From assembly GCA_031409335.1 (NCBI GenBank), contig JANNWY010000228.1:1-42341 (forward strand): 42,341 bases of DNA, written 5' to 3'. Below the pieces are notes generated by a model. That model was not told the DNA's origin and searched no databases. It saw only the letters and a program-made list of their open reading frames with translations. The translations under genes and the position numbers were made by a program. The stretch comes from Chthoniobacteraceae bacterium. GTDB lineage: Bacteria; Verrucomicrobiota; Verrucomicrobiia; Chthoniobacterales; Chthoniobacteraceae. This document shows positions 10,789-20,581 of the stretch, piece after piece; within the stretch, counting starts at the first letter, position 1, and each line of letters starts with the position of its first letter.

Positions 10789-11547
10789 TTAAACTTGCTC
10801 CAACGCCTGCGGCGCAGGTGTCGGGGTCGGAGCCGGTGTCGGCTGCTTCGCACTCACCGAAGGCCGCTGGATATTGCTCGCCGTCAGCCAAGCCGCCAGC
10901 TTCTCCGGGGTGCCCGCGTATTTGTTGTGCATGATCGCGTCGAGTTGCTTGAGGATCACGAGCCCTTGGTCGATCAAATCGTCGATGCTCGCCGTTGCGC
11001 CCACTTGATCCTGCAAGCCCGTGTTTTGATCGCTGTCCGCGTTTTCAAAATCCACCACCCGCTGCCGCAGCGCCTCAATGAAATCCGCGGGATGTTCCAA
11101 CTCAAGGAACTTCGTCTTCAGCGGCCCCGCCGCATCCGCAAACGCCCGCGCCCGCGCCGCGATCACCGTGTCATTCATCCCGTGCGGCATCCGAAAATTG
11201 TCCATGATCTCCGGCGTCTTGTCCGCCGACGCGATCGCCGCCGCACTCTTGTTGAAGCCCCGCAGCACCGCCAGCAACCCATCCCGCTGCACGCTCTTGC
11301 CCGTCGTCCCGCCATGAAAATCCCCCGCCCCCGCATCCTGCGCCTGGATCGCCCGGATCAGATTGCCGAGCACCGTATTCTTCGCCGTCGCCGCCTCGCC
11401 ATCCGCCACTGTGCCGAGCGCGTCGAAAAGTTCCTGCGCCTTCGTCTTGATCGTCCCCGTCAGGGGCTTGAAGTCATTGGCATTGTTAATGCCAAAAGTG
11501 CTGCTGCCCTTCAGGGCGTCAAATCGGGATAGCTCGCGGGAATTCAC
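10789..11547 (-). CDS. Conserved alpha-helical hypothetical protein (252 aa)
   Basis: Clean ORF with high GC3 bias, GTG start after an AGGAG RBS; motifs FRMP..ND..IAARARAF and LDAIMHNKY...LAAW..AS resemble an uncharacterised family; Pro-rich tail. Confidence 0.8.
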   Translation of the reverse strand: MNSRELSRFDALKGSSTFGINNANDFKPLTGTIKTKAQELFDALGTVADGEAATAKNTVLGNLIRAIQAQDAGAGDFHGGTTGKSVQRDGLLAVLRGFNKSAAAIASADKTPEIMDNFRMPHGMNDTVIAARARAFADAAGPLKTKFLELEHPADFIEALRQRVVDFENADSDQNTGLQDQVGATASIDDLIDQGLVILKQLDAIMHNKYAGTPEKLAAWLTASNIQRPSVSAKQPTPAPTPTPAPQALEQV

Positions 11548-11714
11548 GTTATGGTTCTCCTTGGTTAAGTGGTGTGCTCTTTGCGATTAGCAGCCACCAT
11601 GCCCGCAGCGGATCGCAGGCAAATGATTATCGGAAAAAATCACCGACTCCGCCGGGAATGCCAGTTTCAGCTATGAAGAAAGCGCCGTTTCTGTAGCCTG
11701 ACCGCGCTTTGCCA

Positions 11715-12308
11715 ATGGACCTCCTTTCCTACCAACGCACCGTCTTCGCCTTCCACGGCTGCGACCGGCGCGTGGCGGATTCCGTGCTGGCGGGAAAAGC
11801 GAAACTCACCGCCAGTGAGAACGCCTACGACTGGCTCGGCACCGGCATCTATTTCTGGGAGCACGGCCCCACTCGCGCCCAGGAATGGGCCGAAGCTCAA
11901 GCCCGCCGCAAGGGCAGTAAGATCAAGCGCCCCGCCGTCCTCGGAGCCATCATCCAACTTGGCAACTGCTTCGATCTGCTTGATGTGCGTTTCACCAGGA
12001 GGCTGGCTGACGTTGCCGGCTTGCTCTCCGAAGAACTCGTCGCACAGGGCAAGACCCTCCCGAGAAACGAAAGTGCGGGCACCGGAGACTACGACTGGCT
12101 GAAACGCCACCGCGATTCCTTCGTGCTGAACTCCGCCATCCCCACCATCGAAGCCGCGCAAGGTCGCACCTTCCAAACGGTTCGCGGTGTCTTTCAGGAA
12201 GGGGAACCTGCCTTCGACGGCGCGGGCATCAAGCTCAAGTCGCACATCCAAATCGCCGTTCGTGACGCGCGGGCCATCGTGGGCTACTTTCGCCCATTGA
12301 CATCGTGA
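11715..12308 (+). CDS. Putative ADP-ribosyltransferase-fold (PARP/DUF3990-like) protein
   Basis: FHGC...DWLGTGIYFWE...A..WA...SHIQIAVR matches the H-Y-[EQ] ART pattern. Confidence 0.65.
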   Translation: MDLLSYQRTVFAFHGCDRRVADSVLAGKAKLTASENAYDWLGTGIYFWEHGPTRAQEWAEAQARRKGSKIKRPAVLGAIIQLGNCFDLLDVRFTRRLADVAGLLSEELVAQGKTLPRNESAGTGDYDWLKRHRDSFVLNSAIPTIEAAQGRTFQTVRGVFQEGEPAFDGAGIKLKSHIQIAVRDARAIVGYFRPLTS

Positions 12309-12342
12309 CTTAACCACGCAACCCACCACACCGGGCCATCAA

Positions 12343-12543
12343 ATGAAGACCAGCATCCCAAAACCGAATCACGAACTGACGGACGACGAGTTTGATCGGA
12401 GCATCACTGATTATCTCGCAAAATTCCGCCGCATGACAAAGGCCAAAAGGCGTGCCCTCCTCGTCAAGTGGGACATCCTCAATCCCGACGGCACCCTTCG
12501 CCGGTATCCGATGGATCACGTCCCGCTCGGGCCGCGGGAGTAG
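12343..12543 (+). CDS. Small protein (66 aa), probable partner/antitoxin of the ART-fold gene
   Basis: ATG start 34 bp after the ART stop, same strand; C-terminal LLVKWDILNPDGTL motif. Confidence 0.6.
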   Translation: MKTSIPKPNHELTDDEFDRSITDYLAKFRRMTKAKRRALLVKWDILNPDGTLRRYPMDHVPLGPRE

Positions 12544-12557
12544 GCGCGTTCTCTCCG

Positions 12558-12586
12558 CGTTCCCAAGCTGAGGACTTGGGTACGAG
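12558..12586. repeat. REP-like hairpin / possible terminator between convergent genes
   Basis: CGTTCCCAAG-ctgagga-CTTGGGTACG stem-loop. Confidence 0.5.
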
Positions 12587-12628
12587 GTGAAAACCCCCAT
12601 GATCGGGCCGCTGAACAGCAGCGTCACG

Positions 12629-15600
12629 TTACGGCACCCACACCGTCAGGATGGATTGTGACCCGTCAGTAAAGGTTGCGCGCACCGCAAAGCCACCATC
12701 ACTGTTGAAGCTGTGGCCTTGGCTCGGGGAACCCAGTACGGCGCTTAACACCGTCAGGGTTTGGATTCTCTTCGTCGCACCGCCAATACTGATCCTGTCA
12801 TTCTTGCGGAGGAGCAACGAAAGTTGCCCATCAGCATTCTCGGCCCAGAGCCCGGTGTCATTGGCTGCAATCACCACGCCAGCGCGCAGATTCAGCTTGG
12901 CGGTGAACGCGAGGCCACGGCTCCCCGCCCACGCCAGCGATTGGAAGCTTGCGAACGTGCCACCGCCAGTTTCCGGAGCCACGGCTCCTTCGCGAACCAG
13001 CGATTTCAGGGCACCGCTGGCGTCGCTTCTCCAAAGACCGACGTCAGTGCCAATACGCACGCCACCTGACGGAATTTTGAGAATCCCAGCGAAAGCCAGT
13101 CCGTCTTGATTGCCGCTGACCGGGTCGCCAAACCTTCTCGGCACCGCTCCGGGTGGGTCGACCAAGGCAACTCCTTCCCGCGCGACGAGGCGGATCGTTC
13201 CGTCCGCCCGGCGATGCAGAATTACCGTGTCGTTGTCTGCAACCGGGCCACCACGAGCGATTGTCAGGGCGGCAAGCACCGTCACCCCGCCATCGTCGGA
13301 CAGCACTGGCAAGCTGAATCCCCGAATCATGGCACCACCCAATGCAGCTACGGGTTGACCAGTGCGGAGCAGCATCTCGGGACTGCCTCCTGCCGGCATA
13401 AGGACAAGGGCGCTTACTCCGTCGGTAAAGCTTATGCGCAGGAGGGTATCACTGCGATTGTCGAATCCACGCCGCTGGCCGGTGGTGCCGCTCAGAGCGC
13501 CGAAGATCGCCAGCGTTTTGACTCGGCGCGATATGGTGCCGTCAGCAATTTGGTCGCCTTTGCGCAGAACCAACTGCAATTGTCCGTCGGCCTTACGCCG
13601 CCAGAGGCCGAAGTCGTTTGCCGCAGTGACCCCTCCCCGGCCCGTCATCAAACTTGCCGTGAAAAGCAGTTCGCCATTGTCGGGCAACGCCACATCCAAC
13701 AGCCTGCGAAAGAAAGCTCCAGCAACTCCCGCAGCCGCATCGGCCTGTCGGACGACCAATGCCGGGGCACCTGAGTCGGTCAACCAAAGCCCCTCGGCGG
13801 TTGCAGCCGACGCCCTCACGAGCTTGGCTTTGAAAGCGACAGCGCCGATGCGGTTCATTACAGGATCGCTAAACGTGCCGAAAGTGAGCGGAGTGCCGGG
13901 AGCTGGGTCGCCCTCTCGCGCAAATGCCTGCGCGGGCAGCCCCGTGAAAATGCCGTGCTTCGTCCTAGCGGTGGGTGTGCGGTAGGTGGCGGCAAATGCT
14001 GTCATCCCGATGGGATTGATCGACGGCGCACCGAACGTCGCGAACACCGTGCCGGGTGGCTCGCCGGGAATTTGCATACCCTTGCCTGCAAGGACAAACA
14101 CCGCCACATCCCCGAGTGTCACCGTGACGTTCGCCTGCATGAACCCTCCGCGATCATCCGTCACCGTGTAGCTGAACTCGTCCCCATTGATGAAGGTTGG
14201 ACCGAGCGAATAGGTGATCGACTTCCCATCTTGCGCGATTGTCACCGTGCCGTGGGTGCCTTGAGTGACGACATTCACGCGCAACGCATCGTTGTCCGCA
14301 TCGGTATCGTTGGCCGCCACGCCGATAGTAGTGACCGCCTGCCCAAGCACTTTTCCCGTGTCACTCACTGCCACCGGCGCTGTGTTGGTCAGCGTGATCG
14401 TCGCCGAATCTGTTCCGCCAGAACCGTCGTTTGCCTCCACGGTGATCGCGTCGCTCCCCACGAACCCGTTGCCGGTATAAATCACCGTCGCACCATCTGT
14501 GGTCGCGGTACCATGGGTCGGCGGAACGGTGATCGACAAAGTCCGCCCGTCGCCGTCTTCATCGCTCGTATCCGTCGCCGCAGAATAGACGGTCGTCACC
14601 ACACCGACCAGCGGTGCGTGTTGAGTTTTGTCGTTCGCCACAGGTGCGGTATTCGGCAGCTCGGGAGCGGGGACGGTCGAAACCGCAACCTGCGCACTAA
14701 ATCCGTTGTAGGAGGCGGATACGATTCCAGAACCCACTGTTTTAGCCGAAATAGTCCCATCCACTTCGACTCCGACGATGCTCTGATCGGAGGAAGAGAA
14801 ACTCGCTGGACGATCATCTGAAATGAAAAGGCGGCTTCGCACGCCATTGTCATAGACGCCCCAAATTTCAGGGGCCAGCTTATCGCCAATCGACATCGTG
14901 GCACTCGATGGGACAAGCTCGATTCCATTCAATACCGCCCCTGCCGGACGGGAAACGACGATGATCGGTTTCGATAGGACCAACTTACCCGTGCTCGAAC
15001 CGTAACCGCTGTAAAGGACCACATCCCCAACTACACTCTCAGCCACAGTAACAGTCACGTTTCTCGAATCACTCGGATCAGCTTGCCAGCTCACTCCAGA
15101 GTTCGATACGCCGTCGGGGCCAAAGCTCTCCACAAACCAATTTACATCTCCTTGGATGGGTTCAGCCGCAGGTGGCACCATACGGAATCGAAATAGAGTT
15201 ACACCGTTTGCGGCTGCTGCCGTCTTTTGTGGAAAGCCGGGAGCGAAAAACACGGCACCAACAGCATCAATCTCTGCAATACCCGGAACAATTGTGTCCA
15301 CTGCTAGCCTATCATTCGCGGATAGTCGGATCGGAAGGTGAAACGGCCCAAACGCACGATCACCTTCGAGTGCCGCGGCGACCTCGAATCCAGCGCCTGC
15401 ATCGCTGGTCTCCGTCTTGCCAGCGCCTAGAAACGGGCCGAAAAAAACATCCGTTGGCGGAGAATGTGACAAGTCATCGACAAACATTCCTGTCGTACTG
15501 TCCGCTCCCGCACCTTGACTCTGGTAGTCCACAACGCCGTCGGAACCTGCAGGCAGTAGGATATCTCGCCGTTGAATAGCTGGAATGAAGCCGGGGGCCA

Positions 15601-17998
15601 ACTCGCAAAGTCCTGTAAGTGCATAAACCGGCGGGCAACCGCCGAGCCCAGAGGCGATTTTGCTTTTATACAGCCGGAATTTAGCACGATTGTCGATTAG
15701 GTATTTTTGGTCATTGATCATCCTGATTTGGTCACTAAAAGGATCAAACTTATCCCGAAGAAGCCTTTCCCCTATTCTCGCGGGAATACGTTTGTAGAGA
15801 ATGTTGGAACTCTCTTTTAATTTGAGGATGTAGTACAGGACAAGGCTTCCGTTGTGAGGAGAACCGATTGTGATAATCCGCCGGAATCTGCCTCGGTAAT
15901 AATTCTCAGGTCCCGCAAACTGAGTTTGAGACCAAAAGACTTTTTCCTTTGTGCATAACATGCGAAGTAAGACGCCGCCCTGACTGTGCCCGACAACGTC
16001 ATATCTCGTAAACGCCCACGAGGATTTAAGGCCCGTCTCTGTATTTTCGATCTTCTCCTGAAGAACCGCATCCAGAAGTTGAGTGAGATAATAGAGATTC
16101 CCGAAGGTATTGACCGTCGGGTCTCCCCCGGATGAAACTCCATACTCAATTGGAATGATAAAGTTCTCCGGTCTAAAAATAACGTTGTCGCTGGTCGCAA
16201 GTGCGGTTTTGAACGCCTCCGACCATGTGTCCGCCTTGGCATTGTAACCATGGACGAGGACAACAGGTGGTTTCCGAATCCGGAAGGCCGTTGCGAATCC
16301 CGAGCCCCCAGGCGTGGTCGCTGTGACCGTGACAAGCAACTCAGGCGCGCTGCTAAAGAACACATCTTCCGCATTTATCCCGGAGAGGTACGCGTATCCA
16401 ACTGGGTCTGCAGGTGATAACACAAGTTCGTTGCCCTCAACGAACTGGCCACTCTTCAGAATCCGCAAGTGGCTAGCCAAATCAACCGTTCCGCCTTGAA
16501 CGGCAAAGTTGACCGCGTAGGTCGCTGTAGTTGTTACAGGTGGCGCAAGTTTGATAAGCATCGGCGTGACGCCGTCGGCGACCAAGCCAAGCCCAAGTGC
16601 AGGTTGTTTACTCAAATCGTCCCGGTTAGTTGTGAGCTTCAACGGATCGTCTATGCCATCCGCTGCCGTGAAAATCAGTGCTTTTTGCGTCACTCGGTGC
16701 AGGGTAACGGCCGGAGGTGTTGCCGTCACGATCGCCTGTCGCGTTCCTGATTGAGCCCAGCACGCAACCTGACCAAGTGTGTTGACCGGATCAGACAGAC
16801 GGAAATCGTCCCAAGGTCCGATGCCATCAACCAGATCACTCTGGAGGATAATCTTCACCAGCAGAATATCAGTCGGCTTAGTGAAGTCGTATTTGACAGC
16901 CCAGATACCCTTCACGCCGGTGCCGTTGGTTCCGAAGAACGCAACCAGAACCTTCCCGTCGGCTGTTTGCCGGTTCACACCGACGCGTTGGTTGCCATCA
17001 AATGAGTTGAATACTGAGCTGTCCGCGTTGGTCAGACCGGCCAATCGTATGGTCCTCCGGGCACCTGACGAGGGATAGCTCAAAAAAATGCCGGGCCCCT
17101 CGGTGGTCCCAAAGGCAGCAGCACCCGCGGGGGACAAGACACCGTAGAAGGCCACTAACTGGCCGTCGTCGCTGATTCCAGGCATTCGACCCATCGCCGT
17201 GAAGCCAGAGCCGGAGGAGGCAATCGTCTCAGAGGAAGTGAGATCGTAGTTGAAAAGCAGTATTGGGTTGCCGTCCGTGCTGCCGGGGCGCACGACAATA
17301 CTGCCATCGTCGGCGATCATCGGTGCCGCTCCCAAGAACGCGGGATATGTGTTAAATTCATTGCCCCCTTTTGCGGTGGCTAGTACGTAGCTGTTGACCA
17401 ATCCCGTACCCTGATCAGCCACAAATGCGACCTGTCCGGCATTGTTAATGGTGACGCGCGTCCCGACGCTGGCGAACGGCCCGACTTTATCCGTCAGGAG
17501 TGTCTGGGCATCCGTGCGAGATACGCCTTTCGCGATCAAATTCAACCCACCGCCACCATCCGCTGCCCACGTTCGGACGTAGTCGGAACTTTCGGAGTAG
17601 CCCGGCTCGATCAGAATCGGGCCAAGAATAGGATGGTTGAAGTAAACCGGAGGTTGCGTGAAAAAGAACACTCCTTGACGGGCAACCAATGTCCCGGCGT
17701 CATTAAGTTGCAGATTGTTCCCAACCGCCGTGCTGGCGTCGATCGGACGTACCTCTCGCGGGCCGTTCGCGTCAGCGACGAAACTCCCTCGGCCAGCCGC
17801 TGTGATGCCGCTGAACGCGGCTAATCCTGCGTTGTTGATGGACACCGAATTGTTGATGGTGGTCAACCCCGCCTGCCCCGTGCGCGCAATCACCTTGAGT
17901 TCGGCTGCTTCCTGGCTTTGCGCGGTGATGGGAAGCAGCACCGCCAGTGATAGAAGTGCAAGATTCCTAAAATGCCGCCCGTTGAGAATTGTTTTCAT
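12629..17998 (-). CDS. Large secreted multidomain protein (1789 aa): NxxGxxAF repeats, alpha/beta hydrolase (lipase-like), Ig-like domains, C-terminal NxxGxxAF repeats
   Basis: Signal peptide from ATG 17998; NNAGLAAF/NNAGQVAF/NPIGMTAF/NRIGAVAF repeats; PVVLVHG...DVVGHSQGG...TIGSPHNGS...SDGVV..H triad motifs; NTAPVA cadherin/Big_9-like repeats. Confidence 0.85.
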   Translation of the reverse strand: MKTILNGRHFRNLALLSLAVLLPITAQSQEAAELKVIARTGQAGLTTINNSVSINNAGLAAFSGITAAGRGSFVADANGPREVRPIDASTAVGNNLQLNDAGTLVARQGVFFFTQPPVYFNHPILGPILIEPGYSESSDYVRTWAADGGGGLNLIAKGVSRTDAQTLLTDKVGPFASVGTRVTINNAGQVAFVADQGTGLVNSYVLATAKGGNEFNTYPAFLGAAPMIADDGSIVVRPGSTDGNPILLFNYDLTSSETIASSGSGFTAMGRMPGISDDGQLVAFYGVLSPAGAAAFGTTEGPGIFLSYPSSGARRTIRLAGLTNADSSVFNSFDGNQRVGVNRQTADGKVLVAFFGTNGTGVKGIWAVKYDFTKPTDILLVKIILQSDLVDGIGPWDDFRLSDPVNTLGQVACWAQSGTRQAIVTATPPAVTLHRVTQKALIFTAADGIDDPLKLTTNRDDLSKQPALGLGLVADGVTPMLIKLAPPVTTTATYAVNFAVQGGTVDLASHLRILKSGQFVEGNELVLSPADPVGYAYLSGINAEDVFFSSAPELLVTVTATTPGGSGFATAFRIRKPPVVLVHGYNAKADTWSEAFKTALATSDNVIFRPENFIIPIEYGVSSGGDPTVNTFGNLYYLTQLLDAVLQEKIENTETGLKSSWAFTRYDVVGHSQGGVLLRMLCTKEKVFWSQTQFAGPENYYRGRFRRIITIGSPHNGSLVLYYILKLKESSNILYKRIPARIGERLLRDKFDPFSDQIRMINDQKYLIDNRAKFRLYKSKIASGLGGCPPVYALTGLCELAPGFIPAIQRRDILLPAGSDGVVDYQSQGAGADSTTGMFVDDLSHSPPTDVFFGPFLGAGKTETSDAGAGFEVAAALEGDRAFGPFHLPIRLSANDRLAVDTIVPGIAEIDAVGAVFFAPGFPQKTAAAANGVTLFRFRMVPPAAEPIQGDVNWFVESFGPDGVSNSGVSWQADPSDSRNVTVTVAESVVGDVVLYSGYGSSTGKLVLSKPIIVVSRPAGAVLNGIELVPSSATMSIGDKLAPEIWGVYDNGVRSRLFISDDRPASFSSSDQSIVGVEVDGTISAKTVGSGIVSASYNGFSAQVAVSTVPAPELPNTAPVANDKTQHAPLVGVVTTVYSAATDTSDEDGDGRTLSITVPPTHGTATTDGATVIYTGNGFVGSDAITVEANDGSGGTDSATITLTNTAPVAVSDTGKVLGQAVTTIGVAANDTDADNDALRVNVVTQGTHGTVTIAQDGKSITYSLGPTFINGDEFSYTVTDDRGGFMQANVTVTLGDVAVFVLAGKGMQIPGEPPGTVFATFGAPSINPIGMTAFAATYRTPTARTKHGIFTGLPAQAFAREGDPAPGTPLTFGTFSDPVMNRIGAVAFKAKLVRASAATAEGLWLTDSGAPALVVRQADAAAGVAGAFFRRLLDVALPDNGELLFTASLMTGRGGVTAANDFGLWRRKADGQLQLVLRKGDQIADGTISRRVKTLAIFGALSGTTGQRRGFDNRSDTLLRISFTDGVSALVLMPAGGSPEMLLRTGQPVAALGGAMIRGFSLPVLSDDGGVTVLAALTIARGGPVADNDTVILHRRADGTIRLVAREGVALVDPPGAVPRRFGDPVSGNQDGLAFAGILKIPSGGVRIGTDVGLWRSDASGALKSLVREGAVAPETGGGTFASFQSLAWAGSRGLAFTAKLNLRAGVVIAANDTGLWAENADGQLSLLLRKNDRISIGGATKRIQTLTVLSAVLGSPSQGHSFNSDGGFAVRATFTDGSQSILTVWVP

Positions 17999-18030
17999 AA
18001 TCTGATCGGTTGTTTCTTTGAGATGGAAGT

Positions 18031-19350
18031 TCAGCGGCCATCCGGTGGAATTGAGCACGTAACCGCAATTCCCGTCCGGCCTGCACCGGGTGCAAATTGG
18101 ACTTCGACGCCTGCATCGTCTTTGTCGGTAGCGCCTTTTCGGAAGAGTCGCCCTTCCCTAACGTAAATCTGGTCGAGTTCCTTGATCCTCACCGGTTTGG
18201 TTGTTCCGGAGATGTAGAACAAGTCGCCGTCCCGATTGGGCATGAGCGTGACGAGTTCAAATTGCCCGCCCATCGTGATGCCGTCACCGAACTGGATGAC
18301 ATCGGCGAACTGCCGATTTTGGGTGAACCCCACGACGAAGAGCCGGTCGCTGACTTTGAAATCGACGACGCCAAGAATGGGGTCAACTTTCGATGAAATG
18401 CCGGGGAAGCGTAAATTGAACGACTCCCGCGGGGCGATCGGAAGCGGCTTCTTGCCTGCCGCGAGCAGAGGTTGGGCAGCACCCACGGGCGCCCGGCCCA
18501 ACCGTTTTCCACGGACGGTGAATTCCACTGACGCCTGCCGATCAGGCGAATTCCCGGCGTCCGTGGTGGCCTGCCAGAACGACGAGGAAGCGAACAGTTC
18601 GGAAGTTTCCGACGTCGCGTTCCCGGTTGGAGGCGTGGCCTTCTGGCTCATATCAGGGCGTGGTGTGACTGCGAGCGCGGTCTGCGGGTTTGGTGTCGCT
18701 GGTGCTGGAATTGCGCGTGCCATGAGAGGCGGCGGCTTCGGTGCTGCTGGCGGGACAGGAACTGGCACCGGCTTGAGCATGGGGACGGGCGTGGCAGGAG
18801 GACGCAAATCGGCGATAGCTGAAGGGATTGGAGGAACTGGCGTGGCCTCCGGCTTCGGCAGTTCGCGAGGCAAAGATGAAGCTATATGCGTGTCCGATGG
18901 CGTATCTGCGTCCGGGCTGTGTGAGGGGGTCGCTGCGATTGAATGTTGAGTGCGTGGTGGCTGAGGAAGAGCCATACGCATCAAACAGAGGATACCGCCG
19001 ACAACGGCCAGCGCAGTTACGACGATGCCTATGCCTGTCGCCGTCGGATGGATTTTCAGCCAAGGCCGTACCGTTCGAGAGTGATGCCGTTGCGGCGAGC
19101 CGACGGACGGCTCGTTATGGTTCTCGGGACTCTGCGCCGATGTAACGCGGATTTCGTCAAGCACCGCCTTCCGCTCAGCTTCCTCCTCGCCCCATTGTCG
19201 GAAAAGCGCGTACCATTCCGTCACCCCCCAAAATTGTTGCCGGGCCTGCGCACTTGTGAGCAGCGCTGCCTCCATCTCTACTTTTTCGTCAGGCGACAAC
19301 TCGTGGTCGAAATATCGCTCAATCAACTGGGCCAGACGAGCCTCGTTCAT
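18031..19350 (-). CDS. Membrane-anchored anti-sigma factor-like protein
   Basis: N-terminal LIERYFDHELSPDE...L...AR anti-sigma helix, one TM segment, Pro-rich linker; start overlaps the sigma stop (ATGA). Confidence 0.7.
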   Translation of the reverse strand: MNEARLAQLIERYFDHELSPDEKVEMEAALLTSAQARQQFWGVTEWYALFRQWGEEEAERKAVLDEIRVTSAQSPENHNEPSVGSPQRHHSRTVRPWLKIHPTATGIGIVVTALAVVGGILCLMRMALPQPPRTQHSIAATPSHSPDADTPSDTHIASSLPRELPKPEATPVPPIPSAIADLRPPATPVPMLKPVPVPVPPAAPKPPPLMARAIPAPATPNPQTALAVTPRPDMSQKATPPTGNATSETSELFASSSFWQATTDAGNSPDRQASVEFTVRGKRLGRAPVGAAQPLLAAGKKPLPIAPRESFNLRFPGISSKVDPILGVVDFKVSDRLFVVGFTQNRQFADVIQFGDGITMGGQFELVTLMPNRDGDLFYISGTTKPVRIKELDQIYVREGRLFRKGATDKDDAGVEVQFAPGAGRTGIAVTCSIPPDGR

Positions 19351-19877
19351 GCCGCCTCCTCCGTAAGTCGCCACTCGATGCACTCGCGAACCGCGGCACA
19401 AGCGCGCGACAGAGCCACCTTCATGGCGCCGGTAGTCCACCCCATCGCCGCTGCGGTCTCTGCCGCCGATAGCTCACGCCGGAAACGCAGTTCCATTGCC
19501 CGTCTCGCCTGCGGCGCGAGTTTTTCCATGCAGACCTGTATGTGCCGCTCGCGCTCTTCATTTTTCGAAAACGTCGGCTCCTCCGCACACAGCTTCTCTA
19601 TCACTTCCGGCGCTAGCATCGTCTCCTGCTTTCGCCCCGCATCGCGGATTGCTGCCAGCACCTTGAATCGCGCGATCGTGAAAACCCATGCGCGAAAATT
19701 TGTTCCCCGCTCGAAATCACCTGCCTTATCCAAGACCGTCAGATAGGTATCATTCACGAGGTCATCGACCGAATGGGCGTCCGCGGTGAGCCCGCGCAAA
19801 TACCCGCGCAGACGCACGGTGTGCTTGATGAACAAGAAATTCACGAGATCCTTCTGTTTTTGATCGTGGGAAGCCAT
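19347..19877 (-). CDS. ECF sigma-70 factor (Rhodopirellula/Verrucomicrobium type)
   Basis: Region 2 (VDDLVNDTY...FERGTNFRAWVFTIARFKV) and region 4 (CMEKLAPQAR...LSAAETA...VALSR). Confidence 0.9.
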   Translation of the reverse strand: MASHDQKQKDLVNFLFIKHTVRLRGYLRGLTADAHSVDDLVNDTYLTVLDKAGDFERGTNFRAWVFTIARFKVLAAIRDAGRKQETMLAPEVIEKLCAEEPTFSKNEERERHIQVCMEKLAPQARRAMELRFRRELSAAETAAAMGWTTGAMKVALSRACAAVRECIEWRLTEEAA

Positions 19878-20077
19878 TGGTCTTTAATGTTGATTCCAAA
19901 ATGCGCCCCTCGGTTAGCAAAGAAAATGCGGTTTGTTGATCGACGCCACCCTCCCGCAGCGAAAGGCAATTTACCGGCTATGGCCCTGCGGGCTTGCCTT
20001 CCCAAGCGATGTCGGTCCGCTCAGGCGTGCTTGCGGCGTCTCCCGCGCACTGCGAACAAATTCATGCGTTCCGCGTG

Positions 20078-20436
20078 CTACGGTGCGGAGGCACTTTCGA
20101 TGACCGCGGGCAGGTTCGTGACGAGATCGGTGGTTTTGTTGGCCGCTACATCCCAGACGATGAGGTAATCCACGCCGCCGTAATCGTGGATGAGGCGGTC
20201 GCGCATTCCGGCCATTTTGCGCCATTCGAGAGTGGGCAACTCGGCGCGAGTGTCTTCCGGCACTTTCTTCGCAGCCTCCCCGATGATTTCGAGACTGCGC
20301 ACAAAGGCGCGTTTGAGCACTCGTCGGCGAGGAAGTCGTCGCGAGTAATTTTCGTCATGTGGGTCCGCAGAAATTCGGTGCAGAAGAATTGCACGTCGGA
20401 TGTGGTGAAGGATTTGACGTAGAGCGGTGGCGCCAT
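20078..20436 (-). pseudogene. hepT: HepT-like (DUF86/HEPN) RNase toxin, frameshifted
   Basis: RSLEIIGEAAKKVP...WRKMAGMRDRLIHDYGGVD (RX4HXY); the N-terminus (TRDDFLADE, ILHHIR) lies in other frames; 1-nt loss near 20320. Confidence 0.8.
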
Positions 20437-20581
20437 GCTTACCCTATGGCCGGAGGCCAATCAAAATCAAAGAGAGACGCTGGCGCGGGGGTGTTGGCAT
20501 GGCGCGACGGAGCGACGCCATCCACCTTCTTCGACGACGGCTGAGATGCGCGAAATTGGGCGATTTTCGCCAGATTCCCGC

